Origin: Octopus bimaculoides
Lineage: Eukaryota
Reading direction: 5' to 3'
Assembly (NCBI RefSeq): GCF_001194135.2
Contig: NC_068994.1
Coordinates: forward strand, 43,541,331 to 43,605,330
DNA: 64,000 bases
The notes beneath the pieces are model-generated. The model had not been told where the DNA came from and made no database searches. It saw only the letters and a program-made list of their open reading frames with translations. Both the position numbers and the translations under genes were made by a program. Below, in pieces: positions 12,126 through 23,852 of the stretch (position 1 is its first letter; the number at the start of each line of letters is the position of its first letter).

Positions 12126-13875
12126 TATGTTCCTTATGGAGTAATGTAGACTAATCCAGATTGCTAGATCGATTGGAGGACTGCATCTCACATATACATG
12201 ATCCTATATCTTTTATGTGTAGGATCTATAAAGTGAAACTGAACACTGGTTTCACTGTTTGCCTCCATCCCATAGAATTGAACTGACAGGCTAATATTTC
12301 ACACAAACACACATACATACACACACACTCACACATACACTTGCACATGCACGTACACATTTACATGTATGCGTAAGGAATATGCATCTAAGTCATGGAT
12401 ATGATTGATATGTCAGTGCTGCTAAGCTAATTTCCCAATACATATTGCACTTTTGTCAAATTAAGTCCTTCTACACCCAGCTGAACCAAACAAGCTATAC
12501 AATGATGACAACTTTAGTTAGGGTGAACTAAGCTAAACCAAGCAAGGTGAAGCAATATCACCCAAATTTAAGTCAATCTCAAGGAATCAGCATGAAAATA
12601 AGCTTATCTAAGCTAGACTTAACCAAATCAAGCGAATCTTGCATAATTAGGCAGAATCAAACAGCAGAACACTAAGCCAGACTAAATTAACTTTTGATGT
12701 ACATAAGAAGTTGATAATTTAGGATAAAATATCCAAGCATAAGAAATTATTGTCAGCAACATTTAAGTGTATGGCTTTAATATCTATTTATGTAGTCGAA
12801 TGGAGATGGTGNNNNNNNNNNNNNNNNNNNNNNNNNNNNNNNNNNNNNNNNNNNNNNNNNNNNNNNNNNNNNNNNNNNNNNNNNNNNNNNNNNNNNNNNN
12901 NNNNNNNNNNNNNNNNNNNNNNNNNNNNNNNNNNNNNNNNNNNNNNNNNNNNNNAATTAGATTGGAAATAAAAACAAAAGAGGTTTACTGACTGTGACAT
13001 GAGTGGAAATTACAGAATGCTTGTGTACCAAAGGACAGATTAAGTAAAAACTTGTAGTTTATATCAAGTGATGTCACATGAGAATGTGTGAAGGAAAGAG
13101 ATGAACACACGACTTAACAATATAGAGAAAAATAGGAAATAATTTATTCTGATATCTTCACTTTGACAAATGTTAATCAGAAACATTTACACAAAGAGAT
13201 TAAGTTTTCAGACACTGGCTCTTCTAAAGAATTCTCAAAATAGCTTCGTATTACAGGAAAATTTCTAAAGTTATGAAAGTGCTTATTGTTATTAAGATGA
13301 CATATTTTTTTACTATTAATCTTTAATTATTCCAATCTAATATGGGTGTCTCTTCCAGCACCCTAAAATTGTGTCCTTCAGGGCTAAGCCTCTATTGTAA
13401 GTAAATTCTCCTCTTTCTCCTCCTCCTCCTCCTCATCATCATCATCCCTTTATCTCTCCTTCTTTCCAAGAGAGCTATGGTTGGACACAACAACTGAGTT
13501 ATAGACTAATTTATATATGACTTACAAATATTGTGTATCAATCCATGGTTCTGGACAGATTTTTTATTGCATCAGCCCCAGAAGAATGGAAGGTAAAGAT
13601 AACCTTGGCAAAATATTCCACCCAGAATACAAGGAACCAGAAACAAATTCTACAAGGCATTTGTCTGATCCTCTAACAACCTGGTCAATTAACACCCATC
13701 AAGTCAACGATATCAATTAATGTATTCATTGGTGTCTAGAATGAAGGCATAAAGAGTCATCACAAAATGTTCACTGAAAGAGGCATTTCATTCACAAGTA
13801 TTGATGAGGTACAATGAACAAAAATCACAGGCTAGTGAAGTAAAGTAGCTCAATTATACAGCGAGGAATGTTTAG

Positions 13876-14095
13876 CCCTTTAGCATTCAGATTATTCTAT
13901 CAAATGCAATGCTTCTTTATTTACACTGATTTGAATTAATCAGGTATTATTTCGTAGCTTTGAGATTCCAATGATATGATTGTTTCTCTTTTAGAATGAC
14001 ATTGTAGGAAAGATGTGAAAGGCTAGATATAGCTGGTCTGAACATAAAACAGGTAGAATATTGAACCAGATATGGTCATTTTAAAAGCTAAAGGG
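13876..14095 (+). mobile_element. piggyBac-type MITE (~220 bp family)
   Basis: TTAG|CCCTTTAGCATTCAG ... GCTAAAGGG|CTAG (decayed TTAA); second copy antisense at 36658-36870. Confidence 0.7.
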
Positions 14096-14204
14096 CTAGA
14101 GAAATATCAATAGGTTAGTGATGAGTGGAAAAGCTAATATTTCAGGCTCATTTCAATGAAGTGTGAAGAAAGACAAAGGTGGAATAATTATTATTAGTAA
14201 AATG

Positions 14205-14560
14205 CTGAAGGCGTCGAGGTAGCAGAACTGTTTGCAAGCCGGACAAAATGTTTAGTGATATTTCGTCTGTCATTATGTTGAGTTCAAATTCCACCGAGGT
14301 CTACTTTGCTTTTCATCCTTTCAGGGTCGATAAAATAAGTACCAGTCAAGTATTGGGGTCTATGTAATAGATTTCACCCTCCTCTCAAAAACTGCTGGCT
14401 TTGTGCCAAAATTTGTCCCGAGTTCAAATTCCACCAAAGTTGACTTTGCCTTTTATCATTTTGGGGTTTGTAAAATAGTACCAGTTGAATAGTGGGGTTG
14501 ATGTAATCAACTTACACTATACCCTGAACTTGCTGGCCTTGTACCAAAATTTGAAACCTA
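14205..14560 (+). mobile_element. Tandem copies of SINE family a (one 5'-truncated)
   Basis: B box GAGTTCAAATTCCACC at ~14280 and ~14419, each followed by GACTTTGCCTTT.ATC.TT..GGGGT...AAGTACCAGT. Confidence 0.75.
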
Positions 14561-16489
14561 TAATACTGTTTAAGCTTTTTTAGTCATCAGAACTCAACTG
14601 ACTCAATCTGATAAAATAATGACTATTATAAACTCACTTGTGATTTAAACATTCATAACTCTATTACATAAAAATTGTTTTCTGTGCTCTAAAACTTCTT
14701 TTTTATTAGCTAAGTTACTGTAATAAATTTAACATAGAGAGCGTTAAAAAGCCTACCTAGAAATAATTATTTGCTGATGAAAAACAATGTTTATCAACTA
14801 CTAATTAATATTATTTGAGAAAGTATGGGAGACAACTCCAGATATGTTTCAATCTTATTATGACCTCATTGTTTCAGAAAATCAATTTTCTATTGTCACA
14901 GATTTTTGTTATATTGGATGACACATGATAGATAGTTGAAAGACTTTTGGTCAAAGATGCAAATTAGCATGCAATCTTTGCTATATTTGGTTGATTTAAT
15001 CACTGTTAGAATTAAAATCTTACTGTACAAAATCTGAATTCAAACAGTTGTTCTGTTGTAGCAAGGTTTGACCAATAACAGGAAAAAATATAAGTGTAGA
15101 GGTAAGTTCCGGATATAAGTCAGTTTTATGATTTGTACTTGGAATTCATTTTTGCATAAATGATAAATAATGAACAGCTAATTACAATAGCATAGACCAT
15201 CTCCTCTGATAACATTTTACATTTAAAAACGATTAAAGCTATTTTGATTGAATGTATTTGGAAATTTTCCAAATATGCTGCTGACCATTCTCTGAATCAT
15301 AGAAATCAGGTTTCAAAACTTTACCAGGTTGGAGCAGAAGAACAAACAAATGAGCTACCATGGAGTTTCTGGAGAGAGGGAGGGAGAGAGGGAGAGAAAG
15401 AGGGGAAAGAGAGACAGAGACAGAGACCAGACAGACAGGTAGACACCTTGAGAGAGACAGATACAAAGACAGACAGACAGACAGACAGAATGATAAATGT
15501 TTGCTGAAGATAGCTAATTTTAATATACACTGTTTCAGGGTGGTGTAAGGGATACCTATAATAGGTTAGAATAATTGAAGATTGATAGTAAAAAAATTAT
15601 CATCTTAATAACAATAAGCACTTTCATAACTTTAGAAATTTTCCTGTAATACGAAGCTATTTTGAGAATTCCTTAGAAGAGCCAGTGTCTGAAAACTTAA
15701 TCTCTCTGTGTAAATGTTTCTGATTAACATTTGTCAAAGTGAAGATATCAGAATAAATTATTTCCTATTTTTCTCTATATTGTTTAGTCGTGTGTTCATC
15801 TCTTTCCTTCACACATTCTCATGTGACATCACTTGATATAAACTACAAGTTTTTACTTAATCTGTCCTTTGGTACACAAGCATTCTTTAATTTCCACTCA
15901 TGTCACAGTCAATAAACCTCTTTTGTTTTTATTTCCAATCTAATTCACTCTATTTCAGACCAACCGCAACTAGCCTACCTATACTTTATCACCATCTCCA
16001 TTCGACTACATAAATAGATATTAAAGCCATACACTTAAATGTTGCTGACAATAATTTCTTATGCTTGGATATTTTATCCTAAATTATCAACTTCTTATGT
16101 ACATCAAAAGTTAATTTAGTCTGGCTTAGTGTTCTGCTGTTTGATTCTGCCTAATTATGCAAGATTCGCTTGATTTGGTTAAGTCTAGCTTAGATAAGCT
16201 TATTTTCATGCTGATTCCTTGAGATTGACTTAAATTTGGGTGATATTGCTTCACCTTGCTTGGTTTAGCTTAGTTCACCCTATCTAAAGTTGTCATCATT
16301 GTATAGCTTGTTTGGTTCAGCTGGGTGTAGAAGGACTTAATTTGACAAAAGTGCAATATGTATTGGGAAATTAGCTTAGCTGCACTGACATATTAATATC
16401 CCTGATTTATCTAAATAGATTGTCCCTATGTGTGCATATATATGCATGCATGCATGCATACATAAACACATATCTATATATACTATATA

Positions 16490-17081
16490 CAATAATCTCT
16501 TGACTATCACAGGTGTTACATTCCAAACCCCACCCACAATAGGTGAAAATCCTCGAAGTAAAAACTACTGTATTGTATAATATTTTCATTATTTTTATAA
16601 TTTGTATATATTTCGTATGTGTATTTCGTGTGCAAGATTCTTGATGTGGATACGTGTGTTGAAAGAAATACAATTAAACCTTGGGAGAGGCATTATGCCG
16701 GTAATAAACACACGCACTGGTTCAGTCCTTTATTAATTTATATAGTTTTTTGTTAAATTATTTCATTGCACTCTTGCAATATTCAAAATAAATGGAAGTG
16801 GAGAGACAAGTTACTGAAGAGATTGCAAGAGTGCAATGAAATAATTTAACAAAAAACTATATAAATTAATAAAGGACTGAACCAGTGCGTGTGTTTACTA
16901 CTGGCATAATGCCTCTCCCAAGGTTTAATTGTATATATTTATTTTATTATAAATGCAAACCGACACCTAGGAGGAATCGATGTAAGCTTAAATAATAAAC
17001 CGCGAAAGGTGAACCGTGATAGGTGAAACGCAATATGGCAAGGGATTACTCTATGTATATATGTATGGCGAGGGATTACTG
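16490..17081. mobile_element. pogo/Tigger-like MITE with duplicated right terminus
   Basis: TA|CAATAATCTCTTGACTATCAC ... CGCGAAAGGTGAACCGTGATAGGTGAAACGCAATATGGCAAGGGATTACTC|TA and a second end ATGGCGAGGGATTACTG|TA; matches the CAGTAATCCCTCG-type pogo TIR with TA TSD. Confidence 0.75.
16671..16931. mobile_element. Hairpin MITE (110 bp arms, 41 nt loop) nested in the Tigger-like element
   Basis: 16671-16780 and 16822-16931 are reverse complements with 2 mismatches; flanked by TA on both sides. Confidence 0.85.
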
Positions 17082-17344
17082 TATGTATGTATGTTCATAT
17101 ATTTATATACATATATATATATATATAGATATAAATGTTTTAAATATATTTTGAAGTCAAAACATTATAAGTTATACAGAAAATTAATAATACAGTTCAA
17201 TGATTGGTATTTCAAAATTTCAGGTTTAGGTTCCCCTTTTTTATGGAAATTATCGAGGAAAGGTGTGTGTGTGTGTGTGTGTGTGTCTAAGGAGTATAGT
17301 ATTTCCATTGTCTATTAGAGTGTTGAAACTTTTCTTTAAACGAG

Positions 17345-17515
17345 CAGGAATCGGCACAGCTGTGTGGTTAAGAAGCTCATTTTGCAACAACATAGTTTCT
17401 GCTTCAATCCCACTATACAACATCTTGGGCAAGGGTTTACTTCCACAGCCCCAGGTCAACCAATGACTTGTAAGTAGATTTGACAGACAGGAACTGTATG
17501 TAAGCCTATGATGTG
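17345..17515 (+). mobile_element. SINE family b 5' half
   Basis: TGTGGTTAAGAAGC...GCTTCAATCCCAC...TTGGGCAAGGGTTTACTTCCACAGCC...GGAACTG followed by (TG)n. Confidence 0.7.
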
Positions 17516-17535
17516 TGTGTGTATGTAAGCCTATG

Positions 17536-17574
<39 letters not shown>

Positions 17575-17959
17575 CATGCATGTGTGGTTACTCAGTTTCC
17601 ATAGTGTATAGGGGACTGGGATCACATTTCCCTGAGTGAGATGTCAAACTCGAACAGGATTCAAGACTAGGAATTTTAGTATTTTAAGCGAAGGGTCAGG
17701 TCGATTACATCAACTCCAGTACTTGAATGCTACATTATTTTATCATCTCCAAAGGAATGAAAGCTAAGCTACCCTCATCAGGATTTGAACTCAGAATGTA
17801 ACGAGTCAGAAGGAATGTTGCTAAGCATTTTGTCTCGTGCTAATTTTGCTAACTCATCCTAGATTTTTTATACAGATATATATATACACACCAATCTATA
17901 TCTGGCTGGTACTTTTCTTTTATCATCTTCATAAAATATAAAAGCATAGTTTTAGTCTT

Positions 17960-18600
17960 TTATTATAATTCCCTTCAAATCTAGGATGCTCTATAGTAAT
18001 ATTAAATCAATCCCAGTATTTAACTGGCACTTTAATTCTGCTGACCCAAGGAAAGATTAAAGACAAAGTTCATTCAAATTTAAAATGCTTTATAGACATC
18101 AAATCAACCCCAGTATTGAACTGGTTGTTTTGTTGACTCCAGGAAAAATGTAAAGCAAAGTTAATTCAATATAGCTGTTATAATTCTGTTGAAATCTAGG
18201 ATGCTCTACAGTAGTATCAAATGAGTTCTAGTATTGAAGTGGCACTTCAATTTTGGTGACACAAGGGAGAATTGAACATGGTTTCATTTTTCTATCATAA
18301 TTCCATTCAAATCTAGGATGCTTTAGAGGAGCATTAAATAGACATTAGTACATGTCTGGTATGATATTCAGTGGTCTTGGAAAGAACAAAAGCAATGTTA
18401 GTCTTAACTATCTAACACAATTGCAATCGCATTTAGGATGTTTTATAAGAACATATATAACCCCAGAACTTGACTAAAAAATTATTTTATCAACACCCAT
18501 TTACATCTAGGATGCATTGTGGGAATACTAATGAGTCTCAGTATTTCACTGATACTTTATTTTATTGCCTTCAGAAATATGAAAGACGAAAAATCTTCTC
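17960..18600. repeat. Degenerate ~75-120 bp tandem array (six units)
   Basis: Anchor TCTAGGATGC (or variant) at 17980, 18079, 18195, 18312, 18432 and 18506, usually followed by an antisense SINE-a segment. Confidence 0.7.
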
Positions 18601-18621
18601 AGCAGGATTTGAACTGAGAAG

Positions 18622-18853
18622 GGAGCGAGCTGGCAGAAACGTTAGCCCACCAGGCGAAATGCTTCGCGGTATTTCGTCTGCCACTACGTTCTGAGTTCAA
18701 ATTCTGCTGAGGTCGATTTGACTTTCATCCTTTCGGGGTCGATTAAATAAGTACCAGTTACACACTGGGGTCGATATAATCGACTTAATATGTTTGTCTG
18801 TCCTTGTTTGTCCTCTCTGTTGGTGTAGCCCCTTGAGGGCAGTAACGAAATAA
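18622..18853 (+). mobile_element. SINE family a with tail X (young copy)
   Basis: TGGCAGAAACGTTAGC...GAGTTCAAATTC...CACTGGGGTCGAT...TTTGTCTGTCCTTGTTTGTCC...AGCCCCTTG.GGGCAGTAACGAAATAAG; CpGs largely intact; very similar to 39545-39780. Confidence 0.85.
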
Positions 18854-19006
18854 GGATTTGAACTGAGAAAGTGAAAAGCTTTAACCAAGCACTACAAGGA
18901 AGGTATTTTATCTGAAGTTCTAGCAATTCGTCCATTCTCAAACCCATAACTCAATGATATCAATACTGAATATTTATGTGAACCAGATACAATAGCATAA
19001 ACGACG

Positions 19007-19390
19007 ATGTTGATGGTGGTGGTGATGGTAGTGGTGGTGGTGGTGGTGGTGATGGTGGTGGTGGTGGTGGTAGTAGTGGTGGTGGTGCAGGTGGTGGTGC
19101 TGGTGGTGCTGGTGGTGCTGGTGGTGCTGGTGCTGGTGGTGCTGGTGGTGTCAGCAGTGGCAGTGGTGGTTCTGCAGGTGGTGGTGGTAGTGGTGGTAGT
19201 GGTGGTTGTGGTGTTAGTGGTGGCTGTGGTTGTAGTGGTGGTGGTGGTGGTGGTGGTGGTGGTGGTGGTCATGGTCGTAGTAGTGGTCGTGGTAGAGGTC
19301 GTGATGGTGGTGGTGGTCATAGTCATAATAGTGGTGGCTGTGGTGGTGGTCGTGATGGTGGTAGTGGTGGTAGCGGGGGTTGTGGTGTCA
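19007..19390. repeat. Degenerate (GGT)n triplet array with (GGTGCTGGT)n sub-array
   Basis: ~385 bp in-register triplets; minus strand reads poly-Thr. Confidence 0.9.
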
Positions 19391-19672
19391 TTGTACCGGG
19401 CATTATGATCCAGATGATATGAGAAGATGAGTATAAGTAGGTGGTTATTGATCATGATTACCATGATAATTATAATTCTATTTTCAGCCCCTTAATTGTT
19501 ATTAGTTGGGAGACGATTTAAGGGAAACAATGAGAGAAAGAGAGAGAGAGAGTGAAAGAGTGTTGAGGAAAGAAATGGTGAGAAGAGACTGGGAGCAAGA
19601 GGGAGACACACACACACACACACACACATATATGCATGTGCATGTGTGTGTGCGTGCATGTGCATATTATAC

Positions 19673-19704
<32 letters not shown>

Positions 19705-19734
19705 AACATAAATATATATACATATACATATATG

Positions 19735-19796
<62 letters not shown>

Positions 19797-20022
19797 TATA
19801 CACACATGCATACATACATACATATATATATGTGTATGAATATACACACATGCATACATACATACATCCACACACACGCACATGCACATGTGCACATAAA
19901 CACATGCGCACATAAACACATGCACACACACATATAGACAGATAGAGAGGGGTGGGGAGGGGAGAGATGGGGGGAGGGTAGAGAGAGTTATGGAATGAGT
20001 GAGAATGAGCAAATAGAGGAAA

Positions 20023-20058
<36 letters not shown>

Positions 20059-21171
20059 GGGCAGAGAGAAAGAGAGAGTGAGAATTCTTGGAGAGGAGAA
20101 AGACTGGAAGACAATGAGAAAGTTGTTTCAAAGAAAGAAAGAATAAAAAAAAAAGAAAGAAAACATAAGAAGAAAAAGAAGATAAAGGAAGTGCAAGAGA
20201 AAGAGAGTAGGAGAAGTAAATAGCATAAAAGTTGGAGGCTGGAAGAAATGGAAGACAGAATTTTTAGTTGAGAATTGACAGATAATTTATTGACAATTGT
20301 GGTAAGTTTGATTATGACCAAGAAGAGAGACAGACAAGGAATGGTCAAGAACATTGAAATCTACTTCCCAAGAGAGCTTAAGGCTATGTCTCATGCTGAC
20401 CCTGTCCATGTTATTAAGCCGTTTTAACAAATCTTCACATCGTGTCTGTTACATGTTTATGCACTACGCAATGATGGCTAACACACCTAATATAAGTTAA
20501 GTATGAGTCACATATACAAGCATGTGGTGAAAAATATTGATTTATCTGTTTTACAACTAGGCACAAGGAACTTAAGATGTATGGAAGAGAAAATTGGGGG
20601 AAATGGCTTGTTTTAATCTAAATATTGTACAGTTTGTAAAGACTTTTGCAACATTTCCAGAAGTCATTAGAGATCCACTGGGGAAGCTTCACTTTGGATG
20701 CTCGACTTACTAGAAATAGCAAGCAATTTCCTCAAAATTACACTTTCTGAGTAATGTGAGGCTCAAGTATGAACTTGTTTGAGAAAGTTAAAACAAACAC
20801 AAGCCCTATGACTGAGAATAAGAAAAAGATGAAGAATAAAATATGCAAAAAGACAGAATGGTCATGGCTGGAATATCTTTGATCATAGGTCTGCTCAACC
20901 ATGCCTGGGGCTAAACAACAACAGCATTAGCAGCATGACTAAAATGAGATAACAATACCGAGAAACCAAAACTGAGTTGCAGAATGCATTTGCGATTTCC
21001 GAAGTTAAATTGAGTTTAGAATACAGAGAATGACACAACTATAAACTGCCATGCACTTAATATGATGCCCTACCACCACTTGTGTTAATATACCACATAC
21101 TCTTCAGATTACACTCTACTGGCTTGAAAAGGAAGAAGACATGTGGAGCCTAAATAATGTAATTCTTAATC

Positions 21172-21308
21172 TTTTATACTCTAGGCCCAAGGCCCAAAAT
21201 TTTGGGGGAGAGGGCCAGTCGATTAGATTGATCCCAGTACACAAGTGGTACTTAGTTTATCAACCCCGAAAGGATGAAAGGTAAAGTTGACCTCAGCAGA
21301 ATTTGAAC
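21172..21308 (-). mobile_element. SINE family a with tail Y, antisense, 5'-truncated
   Basis: Reverse complement GTTCAAATTCTGCTGAGGTC...GGTACC...GGCCTTGGGCCTAGAGTA. Confidence 0.7.
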
Positions 21309-21383
21309 TTAAGAGCGCGGGCTACTAATCCCAAGATTCTGAGTTCGATTCCAGGCAGTGACCTGAATAATAATGATACTAAA

Positions 21384-21446
<63 letters not shown>

Positions 21447-21625
21447 TATAATAACAATAATAACATCGAAAAATACCTTAGGAATGAGAACCCGGTTCGA
21501 AATTTCCCCAAGACACATGATGAAGGCTGGAAGGTATATCAGCCGAAACATTGTGTTAACAACAAACAAGATGAGGACAAATATCCATCAAATGTAAATA
21601 ATGTAAATAATTTAAATAATGTAAA
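21309..21625 (+). mobile_element. tRNA-headed element with (AAT)n linker and Penelope-type tail carrying a minimal hammerhead-like motif
   Basis: Head TTAAGAGCGCGGG-CTACTAA-TCCCA...GAGTTCGATTCC (B box 21341-21352); (AAT)n ~21365-21463; motif GACAC-ATGATGA-A-GGCTG-(10 nt)-CAGCC-GAA-ACAT-T-GTGTT at 21512-21557; ends in ~9-mer (AATGTAAAT) repeats. Confidence 0.7.
21512..21557 (+). ncRNA. Minimal type I hammerhead ribozyme-like motif (degenerate: C3>A, stem III ACGT>ACAT)
   Basis: Stem I GACAC/GTGTT, core (C)TGATGA, stem II GGCTG/CAGCC, GAAA, 4-nt stem III and H17: the architecture of minimal hammerheads in Penelope-like elements. Confidence 0.6.
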
Positions 21626-21629
21626 CCAA

Positions 21630-21870
21630 CACTAGTTGTCAAATTCTGGTGGAGGCGACCAAACACACACACACACACAAACACACGCATGCATACACAT
21701 ATATGTATATGGCAGGCTTCCACACAGTTTCCACCCACCAAATCTTGTCACACAGCATTGGTTGGCCTGAGTGGGGTCTTGTAGAAGGTACTTCTCCAAG
21801 GTACCATGCAGTGGGACTGAACCTGAAATCATGCAATTGAATAGCAACGACTTAACCACACAACCATGCC
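21630..21870 (-). mobile_element. SINE family b, antisense
   Basis: GGCAGGCTTCCACACAGTTTCC...GAAGGTACTTCTCCAAGGTACCATGCAGTGGGACTGAACC...CTTAACCACAC. Confidence 0.7.
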
Positions 21871-22756
21871 AGAAGAAAGAAATTATCAATTTTATTAAAG
21901 AAAATGTTGTTAATATGATCATAGTATTAGAAGTGGAATGGCAATCCAATGGAACAGTCTGCTCATGAAATTAACATGAATGTAGCTGAGCATTCCACAG
22001 CCACATATACCCTTAAAGTAGTTCTTAGGGAGATTCAGTGGGACATAGAGTGTGACAAGGTTGGCCCTTTGAAATACCAGTACTTCTCATTTTTGCCAAC
22101 TGAGTAGACTGAAGCAATGTGAAATAAAGTATTTTGCTCAAGGACTCAACGCATTGCTGGGAATTGAACTCATGATCTAACGATCATAAAGACTAATGCC
22201 ACTTAATTTATCACCCCTGAAAGGATGAAAGGCAAAGTCAACCTTGGTGGAATATGAACTCAGAACATAAAGACGGATAAAATACCGCTAAGCATTTCAC
22301 CCGGCTTGCTAACGTTTCTCCCAGTTCACCACATTTGTGTGGTAAAATATTAAGAAAATATGATCAGACTTTCACTCATATAATGACCATTCAAAAAGAA
22401 AGAGGGAATCTTCTCTAAAACTGAAAATTTCCAGCTATTAGCATGAGGTATTTCCCAGAAATAACATGTAACTTATTTGGTTGTATTTAACATTTAAAAC
22501 TGAAAGAGAACCTTGTTAAATAACTCAAATGTAGATATATTTTACAAATAGTTGGAGAATTGCATGCAAGCTAAAACACATTTTCTTTTCATTTTTTTCT
22601 CTCAGTGTGTCACTTCCTTTCTCCCTCAATCTCTCTCTCTCTCTCTCTCTCCGTCTCTCCTTCCTCTCAACATATGTAATTAATTATATTGACACATGCC
22701 TGCACACATGCATAAACACTCACATGCCTGCATGGATGGATACTCACACATATATC

Positions 22757-22800
<44 letters not shown>

Positions 22801-22802
22801 CA

Positions 22803-22833
<31 letters not shown>

Positions 22834-23010
22834 TATATACATTCATATATATATATGTGTGTGTGTATATATATATATATATCATATATCACCTATTGTA
22901 AATTATATATAATATATTATATATCACATATAAATTATATATAATATGTTACACAATAGATAAATATATATATATATATATATGTATTCATACATAATTA
23001 CACACACACA

Positions 23011-23067
<57 letters not shown>

Positions 23068-23237
23068 ATTCAAACACAGTTACACACACACACACATTAA
23101 ATTAATAACACAGTAATAAAAGCATCCAATTAATAGAAATTCTAATATAGTTTACCTACAATAATTGCTTAATATTCCTCTCCAGAATTCAGATTGCTAA
23201 TTAATTTCAAAAACAAAAAAATAAACAAAGTCATAAA

Positions 23238-23270
<33 letters not shown>

Positions 23271-23721
23271 GTAAATAAATAAACAAATGAAGAGTATTTT
23301 CAGTAGGTTTTCATAATTGTCCATCAAATTTTTCCTCTTTCATTGCCAACGTGAAACAATAATTGTTGGTAACATTTGCTAGTAAATAAAATTCCAGCTT
23401 TGCCTAGAAATCTGAACGAATTGCATCGAAAATAATGAAATGCTAAACTGTACATTCTAATTGCGTATTAATAGTTCCACAATTTCCTGTAATTAATGGT
23501 ACAAGTAAAGGACATTTGGACAGAAATATCTGGCTAAGCTGAGCTACACTTTCCCTCTTTTGTCTCTCCTAATCTTTATTTTTCTTCCAGCTCTCATTCT
23601 GCTCTTTACTGTATATATTAAATATGTTGAAGTGTACATGGTGTATACACGGTGTGTGTGTGTGTGCGTGTGTGTTTGCGTGTGTGTGTGTGTGTTTGTC
23701 TCTGTGTGTGTGTGCATGTGT

Positions 23722-23821
23722 GTGTGTTTAAGTATTCACATGTGTGTTTATTTTTGAGTGTTTCTGTTACAATATACATTAATGTGCATATATTATATAC
23801 ACTTGTTGTACTTACACACAG

Positions 23822-23852
<31 letters not shown>

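Larger units (their letters stand above)
12404..16397. repeat. Large inverted duplication: arms ~12404-13374 and ~15527-16397, spacer ~2.15 kb
   Basis: Left arm is the reverse complement of the right arm; about 7 substitutions in ~750 alignable bp (12411-12811 vs 15990-16390; 12955-13301 vs 15600-15945); innermost ~73 bp only ~80% identical. Confidence 0.95.
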
